Source: Azolla caroliniana
Lineage: Eukaryota; Plantae; Polypodiophyta
Direction of reading: 5' to 3'
DNA length: 64,000 nucleotides
Assembly (NCBI GenBank): GCA_043228905.1
Contig: JBHGNT010000006.1
Location: forward strand, 22,754,001 to 22,818,000
Shown here: in pieces, positions 52,801-64,000 of the stretch
Position numbering within the stretch: position 1 is the stretch's first letter
Layout: each line of letters begins with the position of its first letter
The notes under the pieces: model-generated
The model's database searches: none
Seen by the model: the letters and a program-made list of their open reading frames with translations, nothing else
What the model was told of the DNA's origin: nothing
Program-made: the position numbers and the translations under genes

Positions 52801-53551
52801 AGTTACAAAATGCACATGATGTTGTGCAGTGGCTAACATGGAAGATGTCAAATGATGGTAAGAACAGATTGTTTGTTGAAGTTTGCGCTGATGAGATCGA
52901 TAGAACTAAATCATATGGTTGTAAAACGTGAAAGGCACACACAACACCCATTGTGTGTTAGGGTTTAGCCGCAAGGACACAACCCAATTGTTACTCCGTA
53001 GTTTATCATGCTTTTGTTCCATGTGTCTAGATGAAGCTTGGGATAAATGCATCAACCTATCAATCGTGGAGCCCTGGAAGCTGCAGAAGCTTGAGCTTGA
53101 ACGACAAGATGATATTGAAGAGGATGTGCATTCAAATGATATTGTATACTACAACCAAAATCAAGACTTGGCAGTTTTATTGGAAGTTGGAGATCATTTT
53201 GCAGTGCTCAAATATCCTAAGAATGAAGATTTAGAAGACTACTACATTGTGGTGTGCAAGCAAGGAAAGACATTATTGAAAGAAGTGGTGAGGGATGGTT
53301 GGGGCAACAATTTCAACGTTGGTGAGTCTGTCGTGTATGGAAACTATTATGCAAAGTTGCCGCAGTGCAAGAACACATATGCATTACTAAAAGAAGCACC
53401 CATCGCAATAATCTACGCTGATGCCATTCTTGCGATCAAATTCAATATGACTCAAGCAAAGCACAAGGTTAAGGGATACAACACTGTCTACAAGGTCCCC
53501 TAAGAGGTTCATGAGCACATATTAGGGGAGGTCTCTCTATTTAATGCTTGA
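49833..53551 (+). pseudogene. Sola2-type DDD transposase, 3 exons (~49833-50459, 50552-51501, 52667-~53551)
   Basis: Phase-compatible GT-AG introns 50460-50551 and 51502-52666. Motifs FQGLKPFYV..RNTCCCVYH, VIDFAENY, VQSMHW, SDDKKHD, WSDDAASQFK, FGSGHGKGEHDGAG, SCFCSMC. One stop at ~50642, a frameshift at ~52928 and a stop at 53501. Confidence 0.85.
51715..52135. repeat. ~125-150-bp tandem repeat in transposase intron 2
   Basis: Three copies of ATCCATGTGAAG(G/T)GTTCTCCATAGACACATTGTACTATG...GGATGTAAAGTACTCATCTTGTACT...CCTTAAGAGAATTGTACTAA, with degenerate copies out to ~52640. Confidence 0.85.
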
Positions 53552-56539
53552 AAGTCACCCTATCAATACATTGTACCAGAAAACTGAAAAACATCCACTT
53601 GGAGTTCACTATTAATTTTGATGATTGACAAATGAATTGATATATTTCGTCTTTCTTCCAAAGTGTTTATGCCTCTCAACTACTTGTACTTATCTTTCAT
53701 AATATATTAGCTGTTGTCAACAGGACTTGGATTTCTTCATTGCCGATATTGCTCATGTTTCCTGATGTTATTTGAGCATAGGAGTTTTGCAGAGCCATGT
53801 TAAAATGAGTAAAAATATTGTATAAGAGTTGGTGTGTCCTCTGTTGGCACATAAATCTGCTCTTCTTTTGCTACCAAGAGAAGATTGTTAGTTGAATTCA
53901 TTAAAGACTTTAATATTGTAAGATTTTCTACTGTAAGTTCATTCTTCAAAGGGGGCGATGAATTCTGTGAAGACAACAATGAAAATTATTCTCTCAGAAT
54001 CCTTTTTTGTTTCATAATATGTCCTGTGAAGCCATCTGAGTTTTAACTTCTTGTATATAAGTCCTGAATATCCAGGTTATGGATTTTAAAGTACAGACCT
54101 TCCTTTCCTTAACAAAATAATCCAACTTCTGAAACAATAATTTGTGATAGCTCAAAAAGGTAAGTGTTTCCTTACTACTGTTAGTGGATGGTTCATCCTT
54201 TGGGATGATATTATCAAAATATGGCCCACATTGCTTCAACAATTTGCACACATTCTGGTTACCCTCCAAATGGGATTGATGAAACACCCGATATTTTCTG
54301 TTTCTCATCATCAACACCTGAAAACCTAAATTTTCCTAGCAAGCTAAGAAGACTTTCAAGCATTTTATCTACAATAGACTGAAAGACTTTGCGAGGATTA
54401 GGAGATGATCTCAAAAAAGAAACAAAACGTTGTAAAATAAGAATACTTAGATCAAAAAGTATATTCCCATTGTTTTTGATATATGTTGACGAGCAAAATA
54501 CAGAAGCAATCCTTAAACATGAACTTGATTTCACACTGGTATAACTATTTCAGATTCATGAACTGGATTTTTTACATTGGCAATTGAAACAGTATTTTGG
54601 TATCCAAATAGTTCAATTTCAGACATCACTAACAACTAAAGTTCAAGTACAATCGAAAGACAATCAGGCACTAGAGGGTAACTTGGCCGATCTTGTAATG
54701 CGCTTGTTGTTGGTGCTAGATTTTTCTGATTTTACATTCTTCTTTATCTTAAAGCCTTTAGGTATGAGCTGACTAAGTGGCACTTCATCATCAGAGGCAT
54801 CAGAGACAGGCGTGGATCCGCGGGCACCTTGTACTGGTGGCAAGCTTGAGAGAGCAACTATGTTTTCTGCAACTGCAATGCTTGTACACAAATCCACAAA
54901 GGTGCTGTCGATAGACAAATTATCACTCATCTCCTGAATGCTTGTACTCCTAGCGATCTTTATTGCCCTATCATCATCACCGATGCCTATTATCTCGTTC
55001 TTATTAGACTCTTGTATGCGGACCGTGGCAGTAGTCATGGTCAACTCCTCTTGTACGATGGATGTCACCTCATTCTTAAGACAGCGTTGTTCGCTCTGAG
55101 TACAATCAGGCCCACCTTCATTAGTAACGTTGTTCGCTCTACACTCCTCATGGGATTCTGTACAATCAGGCTTATCTTCAGGGAAAGCGATGTTCTTTCC
55201 ACGATCCTCATGGGCTTCACAAGACACTACTAGCACATTCTCAGTACAATCAAGCTCCTCTTCATTACTAGCAATGTTCTTTCCATGATCCTCATGGGAA
55301 TCTTTAGACAGTACTAGCACATTATCAGTACAATCAGTCTTCTCTTCAGCACTTGCCACATTATCAGTACAATCAGTCTTCTCTTCAGTACTTGCCATAT
55401 TCTTTCCACACTCTTCATGGGCTTCAATCTTCTCTTCAGTACTTGCCATATTCTTTCCACACTCATAGGCTTCTTTAGACATAGTGTTGTTTGTACATGC
55501 CAGCTGCTCTTCACATATGAATGCTTTGTTTTTCTCACAATCCTCATGTGTGGAAGATGTGCTTCCAGAGTCTGCCTCCTTGCAAAGGTTAATTTGATTC
55601 TGACTCTGATGGGAATCTGACTCTGCACTTGTGCTCCATGAAGTTCCCGATTCATTTGATTGCAGTTGGGAATCAGACTGCTCTTGTAAACCTAATTAAT
55701 GGGATTCCAAAGAATATTGGTATCAACTCACATACTCAAAAGTTTGCAAACAATGAACATAGGGTTTAGGGCCACATTTTTACCTAATGTTACATCGTCA
55801 TACTGTACAGCCGTAGATACCCCATTGCAAGTGGTGGGCTCGGTCATCTTCTCCACAACATCTAGGTGCTCAACAGTGTTGTTATGATCTATAATAACAA
55901 AAAAAATAAGGTTGTTATGAGCTAAATCATTGTTTTCAAAGTCTGGCTTTTGACGTGTACCTGGGAGTGTGATAAATTCGTCTTCATGATCAGGTTTTGG
56001 ACTCGTATCTCCGTCACCAAATATCATTTCATCATCAGCTAGTAACACAAGTACATTGTATTAGACAATGGATTAGGTTGACAATGCTCCAGACAGGTGA
56101 GAACTTATATGACTCACCATTGCATTCAACTTTGCCTTTCTTGCCATTTCCATACAACATTCTTGCAGCATTTCTCTTCTTACTGGGCTCTATTTGTAAA
56201 GAAACTGCATTCCTCTTCTTAGTGGGCTCTATTTCTTGATGTTGACCGGAGCTTGGGGAATTTGTTTGTAGAAGCATATGTTCCACTGCTCCAATGGCCC
56301 TTCTTATACATTCATCCTCATCATAAAAATGATAGGTTATTGGTAATGATGGTCCCTGAACCTTGGAATGTGCAACAGATATTGAGGGTTTAGGCACAGT
56401 GGCTGGTTGTTCCATTACCTTCCCTGGCGTGGAGTTGCTTGACACTACAACATTCATTGCAAGAAACAAAAAAACCTTGAATGTTAGTACCATCATCTAA
56501 AATATATAATTTAGGTCACAAGAGCTGCTTCCCATTTTA

Positions 56540-57970
56540 CACAATGTACCAATCATGAACAATGTACTACTCACATAGTTCCTAAATTACTGAACTAGTA
56601 CTAATAAGGAACACAGTACTGCTTACTTAGTTCCCAATTTACACGATTAGTAATAATCATGCACAATATACACAAGTAGTACTAATCATGCACAATATAC
56701 TACTCACTTAGTTACCAAATTACACAAGTACTAATCCCGAAAAATGTACCACTGACTTAGTCAAATTAATAAGTAGTACTAATCTTGAACAATGTACTAC
56801 TCACTTATTTCCTAAATCACTGAACTAGTACTAATCCCGAACAATGTACTGCTCACTTAGTTCCCAATTTACACAAGTAGTACTAATCATGCACAATATA
56901 CTACTCACTTAGTTACCAAATTACACAAGGAGTACTAATCCCGAACAATGTAATGCTCACTTAGTTCCCAATTTACACAAGTAGTACTAATCATGCACAA
57001 TATACTACTCACTTAGTTAGCAAATTACACAAGGAGTACTAATCCTGAACAATGTACTGCTCACTTAGTTCCCAATTTACACAAGTAGTACTAATCATGC
57101 ACAATATACTACTCACTTAGTTACCAAATTACACAAGGAGTACTAATCCCGAACAATGTAATGCTCACTTAGTTCCCAATTTACACAAGTAGTACTAATC
57201 ATGCACAATATACTACTCACTTAGTTAGCAAATTACACAAGGAGTACTAATCCTGAACAATGTATTGCTCACTTAGTTCCCAATTTACACAAGTAGTACT
57301 AATCATGCACAATATACTACTCACTTAGTTACCAAATAACACAAGGAGTACTAATCCCGAACAATGTAATGCTCACTTAGTTCCCAATTTACACAAGTAG
57401 TACTAATCATGCACAATATACTACTCACTTAGTTAGCAAATTACACAAGGAGTACTAATCCCGAACAATGTAATGCTCACTTAGTTCCCAATTTACACAA
57501 GTAGTACTAATCATGCACAATATACTACTCACTTAGTTACCAAATTACACAAGGAGTACTAATCCTGAACAATGTAATGCTCACTTAGTTCCCAATTTAC
57601 ACAAGTAGTACTAATCATGCACAATATACTACTCACTTAGTTAGCAAATTACACAAGGAGTACTAATCCCGAACAATGTACCACTGACTTAGTCAAATTA
57701 CACAATTAGTACTAATCTTGAACAATGTACTACTCAACAATGTACCACTGACTTAGTCAAATTACACAATTAGTACTAATCCTACAAAATGTACTACTCA
57801 CTTATTTTCTAGATTACTGATCTAGTACTAATAAGGTACAAAACTAGTACTAATAAGGAACAAAGTACTACTCAGTTCCCAAATTACAAAACTAGTATTA
57901 ATCATGAGCAATGTACTAGTAACTTAGTTCACAAAGTAGAAAACTAGTACTAATCATGAACCATGTAGTA
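56540..57970. repeat. 52-bp satellite array with 104/208-bp higher-order structure in the accessory-gene intron
   Basis: Alternating monomers TTACACAAGTAGTACTAATCATGCACAATATACTACTCACTTAGTTA(C/G)CAAA and TTACACAAGGAGTACTAATCC(C/T)GAACAATGTA(A/C/T)TGCTCACTTAGTTCCCAAT. Homogeneous core 56869-57700 with degenerate flanks. Confidence 0.95.
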
Positions 57971-59171
57971 CTTACTAAGTACTAATCCAACAAATGTAGA
58001 TTGGTATTTTGCACACAAGTAATACTAAACATGATATGTGTTCTACACACCTAGTTACATAACTTGTACTAATTACACCAACACTATTAATCTTGAACAG
58101 TATTAGTACTAAACGTGATATGTGTTTGACACACCTCATTTCCAAATTACAATAATTGTACTATTATTCAGCAATTTACCATACACCTTGTTCCCAAATT
58201 ACATTACTAGTACTAATTCCCAAGTTACACAAACAATACTAACAGTCAACAATGTACTATAAGTATAGTGTTTACTAAACTAATACTAGGCAAGTTGCAA
58301 TATAGATTGGACGATGTTGTACCTGGTTCCCTTTTAGTACTACTAATTCTGGAAAATATCCCTTCAACTACACATACCAATTATATATTAAGAGTACTGC
58401 CAATACTAACCCACATAATTAGGGTTCCACATAATAGTTGTTAGAGATTACACTAAATTTGAAGTATGAATTGTGGCATACACTAGTTCTAGTCCAAATG
58501 TTAATTGACATCATATAATACAAACAATAGAATAGTAGAGCCACATACCGTACGGGTGTACTTTTAAACCCCAAGCATAGTACCACTCAGCCGCAATTGT
58601 AGTTTTACAGTCCATACATGTATTCTCTTTCTCAAAATGATACTTAGCACATAGCACATGATATGTGTGCAAGCGTGGTGTAATCACAACATCCATAGCC
58701 TCTAGCTTGAATCCGAGGCCACAAAATATACACCTGGAAGATTGCAAACACAAGTTATAATATATTAGCTGCTCACTTATTTATACCAGAGAAGTAGAAA
58801 TAAATAACTTTTAAAGCCAATACCGTGATATAGCTATACTAATAATGGTACTTTCTATACCACTTGGGTGCTCAATTACAGATGGACACAAAGTATCAAA
58901 ACCATTTTGTTTTAAATCCTGCATCAAGCATGCAAGGTTCTCAGAATGCAACTTTAAGGCAGACAACTTATTATCTATTTCTTCATGTGCATTCCTGCAA
59001 GTATCAAGGTCTCTCATCTATGAACCTAATTGAGTGCCCATATTGTTCAGCTCTTTCTTCAACTCCTCTTTCAACACCTCACTTTCTGAATTTTGGATTG
59101 TCGATGCAATCCATTCATATGTAGTTTTTATTGAAGAAAATTTCTTTTCTGCCTGTATCTCAGCTGATTTA

Positions 59172-59800
59172 TGACGGGAACTCAAGGTTCCTTATGCGCA
59201 ATGCTCGGCCACAACTGAGCTTAGAATGATACACAGAAAACGGGAAACAAATACACGCGACACAAAGAAGAAGAGAAAAGGTACACATGAGGCTTACGTG
59301 GAAAACCCCAAACTAGAGGAAAAACCACGGCAGCCCACAGGCTGCAAACTGTCACTATGTAAGAATATACAACAGTGAGCTCACTGAGGCACCGACCTCG
59401 TGCTCACATATCTTCGCCACAAGCGGCGGTTACAACAGAGGCAACGACCTCTTTCTCTCTCTCTCTCTCTGTAAAACGTTACGTACTCTCTCTTCTTCTT
59501 GCACCAACCAGAAGAATGACAACAACAACAACAGTATATGTCTATATCTACATATTTGCCCTAAGTCATATTTATACTAATATGACTTTTCGGCTATTTA
59601 AAAATATAGCCAAAATGGGCTCTCAGAAACATATTTACGAATATGTCTCTTCCTCCGGTTCTCGCCGGGTCTGCGTCATCCGGCTCTCCGTAGTCGGGTA
59701 CTCCTCATCCGGTCTCGGCCGAGGCCTATCGGCCTCGGCCGAGTTTGTTCATCGGCACTGTTCTTCTCCCTTCCCATCCGGAGGGACCTGTCTCCCAACA
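59172..59800 (-). mobile_element. Copia-type solo LTR inserted in the accessory gene
   Basis: TG...CA ends, 629 bp, 5-bp TSD ATTTA (59167-59171, 59801-59805). Contains the Copia-LTR-like motif TTACGTGGAAAACCCC...AAAAACCACGG. No internal domain. Confidence 0.85.
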
Positions 59801-61530
59801 ATTTAACTGCTTCCAAATCAGCAAGTAGTGTTTGTATTCTTGAGCTCATAGAAGCTATGCAACCGGCCATCATCTGTTCATGCTTTTCAGTCATTGTGGC
59901 CCGTACCTTTGCCTCTAGAACTTGGTGGACAGGTGTTATAGCTAGAATATCCACATGAGAGGTTCCAGATGACTTCAAGCCAGTGTTGGTACTGGAGGAC
60001 CCTTTGTAATGTTCTGACCGGTGCCAATTAAAATCTTCCCAATTTACGTCAATGCCACCTTGAACTTCACATGCAAAAGCACGTGCAAAAACAGTACCCA
60101 CCTCATTGTTAGTGATTTGATTTGTATCATAAACATGTTTGTATCTCGTCTTCAATAAATTCATGTATTCCCTCTTCAAAGCACTTATGTGGAATCCTCG
60201 CCTTGTGTCGGGATGTGCTGACCCCCAGGTTTTTAACAACCACTCTCTCAGCTCTGGATAAATGTCAGGTCGTGCTCAAAGGATATAATTCCATCCAAGT
60301 GGTGTGTCTCGACTGATGGAGTGGTACATCTTCTTTCTCTGTGTTGATGAATTCATCACCCTTTCTCTTGTGGGTGTCTTCTTGCTTTCTTTCATGGGTG
60401 TCCTTCTTCCTTCCTTCACTGGTGTCTTCACTTTCTCTTTCATCAATTTCTTCTTTATGGGTGTCCTTCTCGTCATTGTCCTAGTCAACACAATTCTCAG
60501 GGAATGAATATGCATGTACTAGAAGAAAACTCAAGCAATTACCATCAACACATAGCAAATCATCACATTGCATATACAAACCATGTCAAACACACAATAA
60601 CCCTAAATAGTCGGAAAAAAACTCATCCATGTCAAACACACAGACAATAAAAACAGACGGATAGGAAAGTCAAAGAAAACGAAAACATTGTAAATCATCA
60701 TAGCCAACTCCATCACATCGCATGTACAAGCCATGTCAAACACACAAAAACCCAAAATAGTCGGAAAAACACTCATCCATGTCAAACTCACACAAAATAA
60801 AACAGATGGACAGGAAACAAGAACAAAACGAAAACATAGCAACTCATCATAGCCAACTCCATTTACGTTGCATGTACAAACATGTCTAACACACAACCAC
60901 CTCAATCAAAATATTGTCATACATTTTTAAAAGAAACACAGAGAAACACAGAGAAAACAAAAACATACCAGTTGGGCATGCAACACATAGACTATGAATA
61001 ATCAAACCCTAAAAATGGCCATACACATGCAAATAAAAAACAGACAGACAGGAAACATTCAGAAAAAGAAAACATACCAGTTGGGCATGCAACACAGAGA
61101 ATACCTGGAGGTTGTACAACTTGCAGAGGTACCACACCGTGTTGATTTCGACACCTTGGGAGCACACCAAGCCTTCAAAATCACCTATATGCAAGAGGTT
61201 GTTGACGAGGTTGCTGCAGAGGAGACAAACGAGCATAGACAGAGTAGACAAACGAGCATACACAAGGAAGGAAAATCAACAACACATACAACGAGCAGGG
61301 GAAACAAAAATCTCTGCGTATACAGAGTTCAGAGATCGAACCTGGCACAGAGGGGAACACAAGAACAGCTACACGGGGAAACAGAGAATCGAAGGTGGAG
61401 TGAGAGAGAGAAACAGAAAGAAAGAAAGAAACAGAGCTTCGAAGGTGGAGTGAGAGAGAGAAAGAGAGAGATAGACCTGTAATAGATATGTCGTCTTTCT
61501 TTAACTTTCTGCCACTGACAACTTCGAGAC

Positions 61531-61533
<3 letters not shown>

Positions 61534-61612
<79 letters not shown>

Positions 61613-61628
61613 GTGAGAGAGAGAGAGA
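61534..61628. repeat. (GA)n/(CT)n microsatellite in the presumed 5' leader of the accessory gene
   Basis: Long GA dinucleotide run. Confidence 0.95.
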
Positions 61629-62313
61629 CATACCAATTGACACATTCGACTACCCATACCAGAGAGAGAGAGAGAGGGAGATACTGAGACTGACCAACTG
61701 TCACAATGGATACCTTCTCTAGGTGTGCTTTCGTACAACTCTACCTAGGAAACTGGGGCAACAATTAATGTATTAAATATGGCCTAGGGACATTTCGAGT
61801 GTGACGTATAATATCTTTGTGCATTCGAGTGTGACGTAATGAATTTGTTTTTTGTTTTTTGAAATTTATTTACAATTTTTAATGTTTATTTTCTTCTTCG
61901 ATTTAGTACTAAATTTTTGGCCAAAAGTTGGTACACCGTAACATGCTTCGACCCTATTCAATCTCAGAACTTGTATAAATACGTGTAACCTCCTTGGTCC
62001 TGTCCAAGGGATTCATCACCGGTCATTGACACATCAATCTAGTATTCTCGTTTCATTCCATCTTGTCTCCTTCTTCATCTCTGTCTTCATGCGCTCATGT
62101 CACTCACAACTTCTAGAGTTCCTAACCTCGTCACTTCTAGCTCCAAGTTTGTAGCCTGTCGCTTGTAGCCCTATCATCCATGCTCCGTCCCAATCCGTGC
62201 TTGGTGTGTCCGTGACATCGAGCACTTTTGGGTTTCTATTTTTCTGGTTCAAATTGGTGGTGAAAGGCCTTTGCTTGCATAGGAAGCGCATGTGCTCTTG
62301 ACCAAAGACTCAC

Positions 62314-62314
<1 letters not shown>

Positions 62315-62392
<78 letters not shown>
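62315..62392. repeat. (TG)n microsatellite
   Basis: About 39 TG units. Confidence 0.95.
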
Positions 62393-62396
<4 letters not shown>

Positions 62397-64000
62397 AACC
62401 CAAGCTCGAAGCTCTTTTTCCGGCCTAAGGCCATTTTTGTATTCTTCACTGTTTTAATCGACTATTTGGCAGTGTTGTATTCGGGTGCTCTTTCAGTGTC
62501 GTGCTTGCTTGTCTTTCTCTGAGTCATGCCATTATTCCTATCTTGTTTGTGGTGTTCGGGGAGAAATCGTTCTTCCCTTCTTTGTTCTACGCATTCCTGC
62601 TCGTTCATGCAAGCCCGTGTGCTCAACATCCGAAATCCGGTAGGAGTGCCAAGCGAATACGGTCTTGTAAGCCCGTGCGCTTAGCATCCGGCCTTCGACA
62701 GTCAGGCTGGATAGGCCACTTCATGCTTGGTAGCTGCTCGTTCTTAGGCTCCTTGGTTTGAGACCCCCCCATGGTCCCGCTTGAGCCGACCCGCAAGCTG
62801 CAGATTTCCGCGACAACGCATTCCAAGTATTTATTTTAAAAAGGTTAGAATACTTGTAAAATACTTAGCATATATATTCTATGAGTATTGTATGCTAACT
62901 ATTCTATAACAATGATGTACATAGTATATTCTTTATATTTAAGGTAAAATGGGTATTGTAAGTTTTTAAAGAAAGAAGATAGATTGTGGTCCCTGTTGCC
63001 AAATGGCTAGGTAAACGAGGAGTCTTGATAGCTTGGTCACTCTGTTTTGCAACTATTGAGACTTTGAGACACCGTCAAAGGGTCTGAGACAAGGGTGACT
63101 TGCCTCCTAGTTGCCTCAGAAGTGGAGGGGACATCATTGTGGAGTGCATCAAGGTTGGTAAATTATGTTTTTGGGCTTTTTTGTTGCCGGTTGTATCCAA
63201 TGGGCACGACATTGGTGTCGTTCTATGTTAAGGGTTCAAATTTTACGTGTTCATGCAACTTTTCATTCAAAGGTCAGAATCAAGATATGGAGTTTTTGTT
63301 GCGACCCTTGAGGTGAGATCTTTGTGTTGGTGTGTGATTTTTTTCCATGATAATTCAGAATTCTTCGAATTTTGAGTCGAAAAGTCTGGCACTTGTTTGG
63401 TTGCAAATAACACCAAATAATAGATTTACAAGTAAAAGCAAGCTATCATGTACTAACAAAGTAATATTTTTTGCCAAAAAAAAATACAGCCTTTTCTATC
63501 GTTAGTATTAGAAATAAGAAGGATGACAACATGGTAATGGAAATAGTATTATTGTTACTCCCCTCTGGAGAACACACTATTGTTGTTATTCCCAAGGAAC
63601 CGAATCAAGGTATTGTGGTAGGAAGGAGGGTTAGGATTCAGGATGTTCCACCGACACTGTACTGGGTCAGATTGGGGACGTGGGGTAACTTTATGCTGGG
63701 GTTACTTGGGTATCTCACACTAGAGGTGGCACTAATCGTCTGCTTCGGATGACACTCAGTAATACAGAACGATTGCTTCGGGGTCTGAAAGGGCACCAAT
63801 GTATGGGTTTCTACCGAATTGGCTACCAACAATGCATGCACATGATTTCATAGTAACAATACACTAGAGACTTAGATATCAAAACACAAGGTTTCCCCAC
63901 AACCACAGAATTATAATAAAGATACAGAAATATTAGAAGGAGAAACTGATGGACTATCGGTTCTGAATCTTGGTTCTCTCTCTCAGAATATGCACACCCC

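Larger units (their letters stand above)
54664..60475 (-). pseudogene. accessory gene inside the Sola element: basic TP-repeat N-terminus, unknown domain, coiled coil, RING-H2 finger, long acidic C-terminus
   Basis: Exon ~60518-58824 (split by a solo LTR), RING exon 58733-58549 (CIFC-x15-R-x-H-x2-H-x2-C-x10-CMDC), last exon 56456-54664. Splice phases agree (CG|G, G|TG); the last acceptor reads AA instead of AG. Frameshifts present. Confidence 0.7.
48796..61954 (+). mobile_element. 13.2-kb Sola2-like DNA transposon
   Basis: 26-bp TIRs GGGTCGAAGCA(C/T)G(C/T)TACGGTGTACCA (48796-48821, 61929-61954; 24/26 match) and a 4-bp TSD TATT. The host LTR rejoins exactly across it. GRG termini, a 4-bp TSD and transposase motifs DFAENY / SD(D)AASQFK / GHGKGEHDG fit Sola2. 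Confidence 0.88.
20566..62217 (+). mobile_element. old non-coding (TRIM/LARD-like) LTR element that hosts the whole nested stack
   Basis: 5' LTR 20566-21017. 3' LTR 48542-48795 plus 61959-62217, split by the DNA transposon. Ends TGTCACG...CGTGACA, TSD TCAAG/TCGAG (one mismatch), PPT AAAGGGGAGGATAA before 48542. Its own internal region is only ~1.15 kb (21018-21592 plus 47959-48541), repeat-rich and without recognisable gag/pol. Confidence 0.85.

Noticed and set aside
56540-57970. Regularly spaced repeat array as a CRISPR-like locus
   Set aside because: Units are head-to-tail with no unique spacers, there are no cas genes, and the context is a eukaryotic intron.
60994-62522. ORFs with SLSLSL, HTHTHT or VCVCVC runs, and the Cys-containing ORF 61009-61263
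   Set aside because: The runs are microsatellite translations. The 61009 ORF more likely overlaps an untranslated leader exon and has no convincing zinc-finger spacing.

Overview
Eukaryotic, plant-type genomic DNA made almost entirely of nested transposable elements around one host gene. A seed-free land plant is inferred from the Tcn1-like chromoviruses and the Sola-type transposon; the sequence alone does not prove this. From left to right: (1) a minus-strand Copia element interrupted by a deleted chromovirus (580-4631, TSD TTCCC); (2) an orphan 3' LTR, a second decayed Copia fragment and a LINE relic; (3) a 3-exon gene for a secreted/anchored WAK-type galacturonan-binding-domain protein (15049-16675, minus); (4) a hAT MITE; (5) a 41.6-kb stack with TSDs at every level: non-coding LTR element (20566-62217) > Copia (21593-47953) > Gypsy with a long extra ORF (24087-44553) > chromovirus (32564-43001) > small Gypsy with a 4-bp TSD (37708-42508). 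The 3' LTR of the outermost element is split by a 13.2-kb Sola2-like DNA transposon (48796-61954). It carries a spliced transposase, a convergent spliced accessory gene with a RING-H2 finger, and tandem arrays rich in the (T)AGTACT(A) motif. The two most notable signals are this transposase/RING-gene/motif-array unit (a possible VANC-like anti-silencing system, inference only) and a shared Tf1-type self-priming geometry in three different LTR elements. Mismatch and motif counts were made by eye and are approximate.
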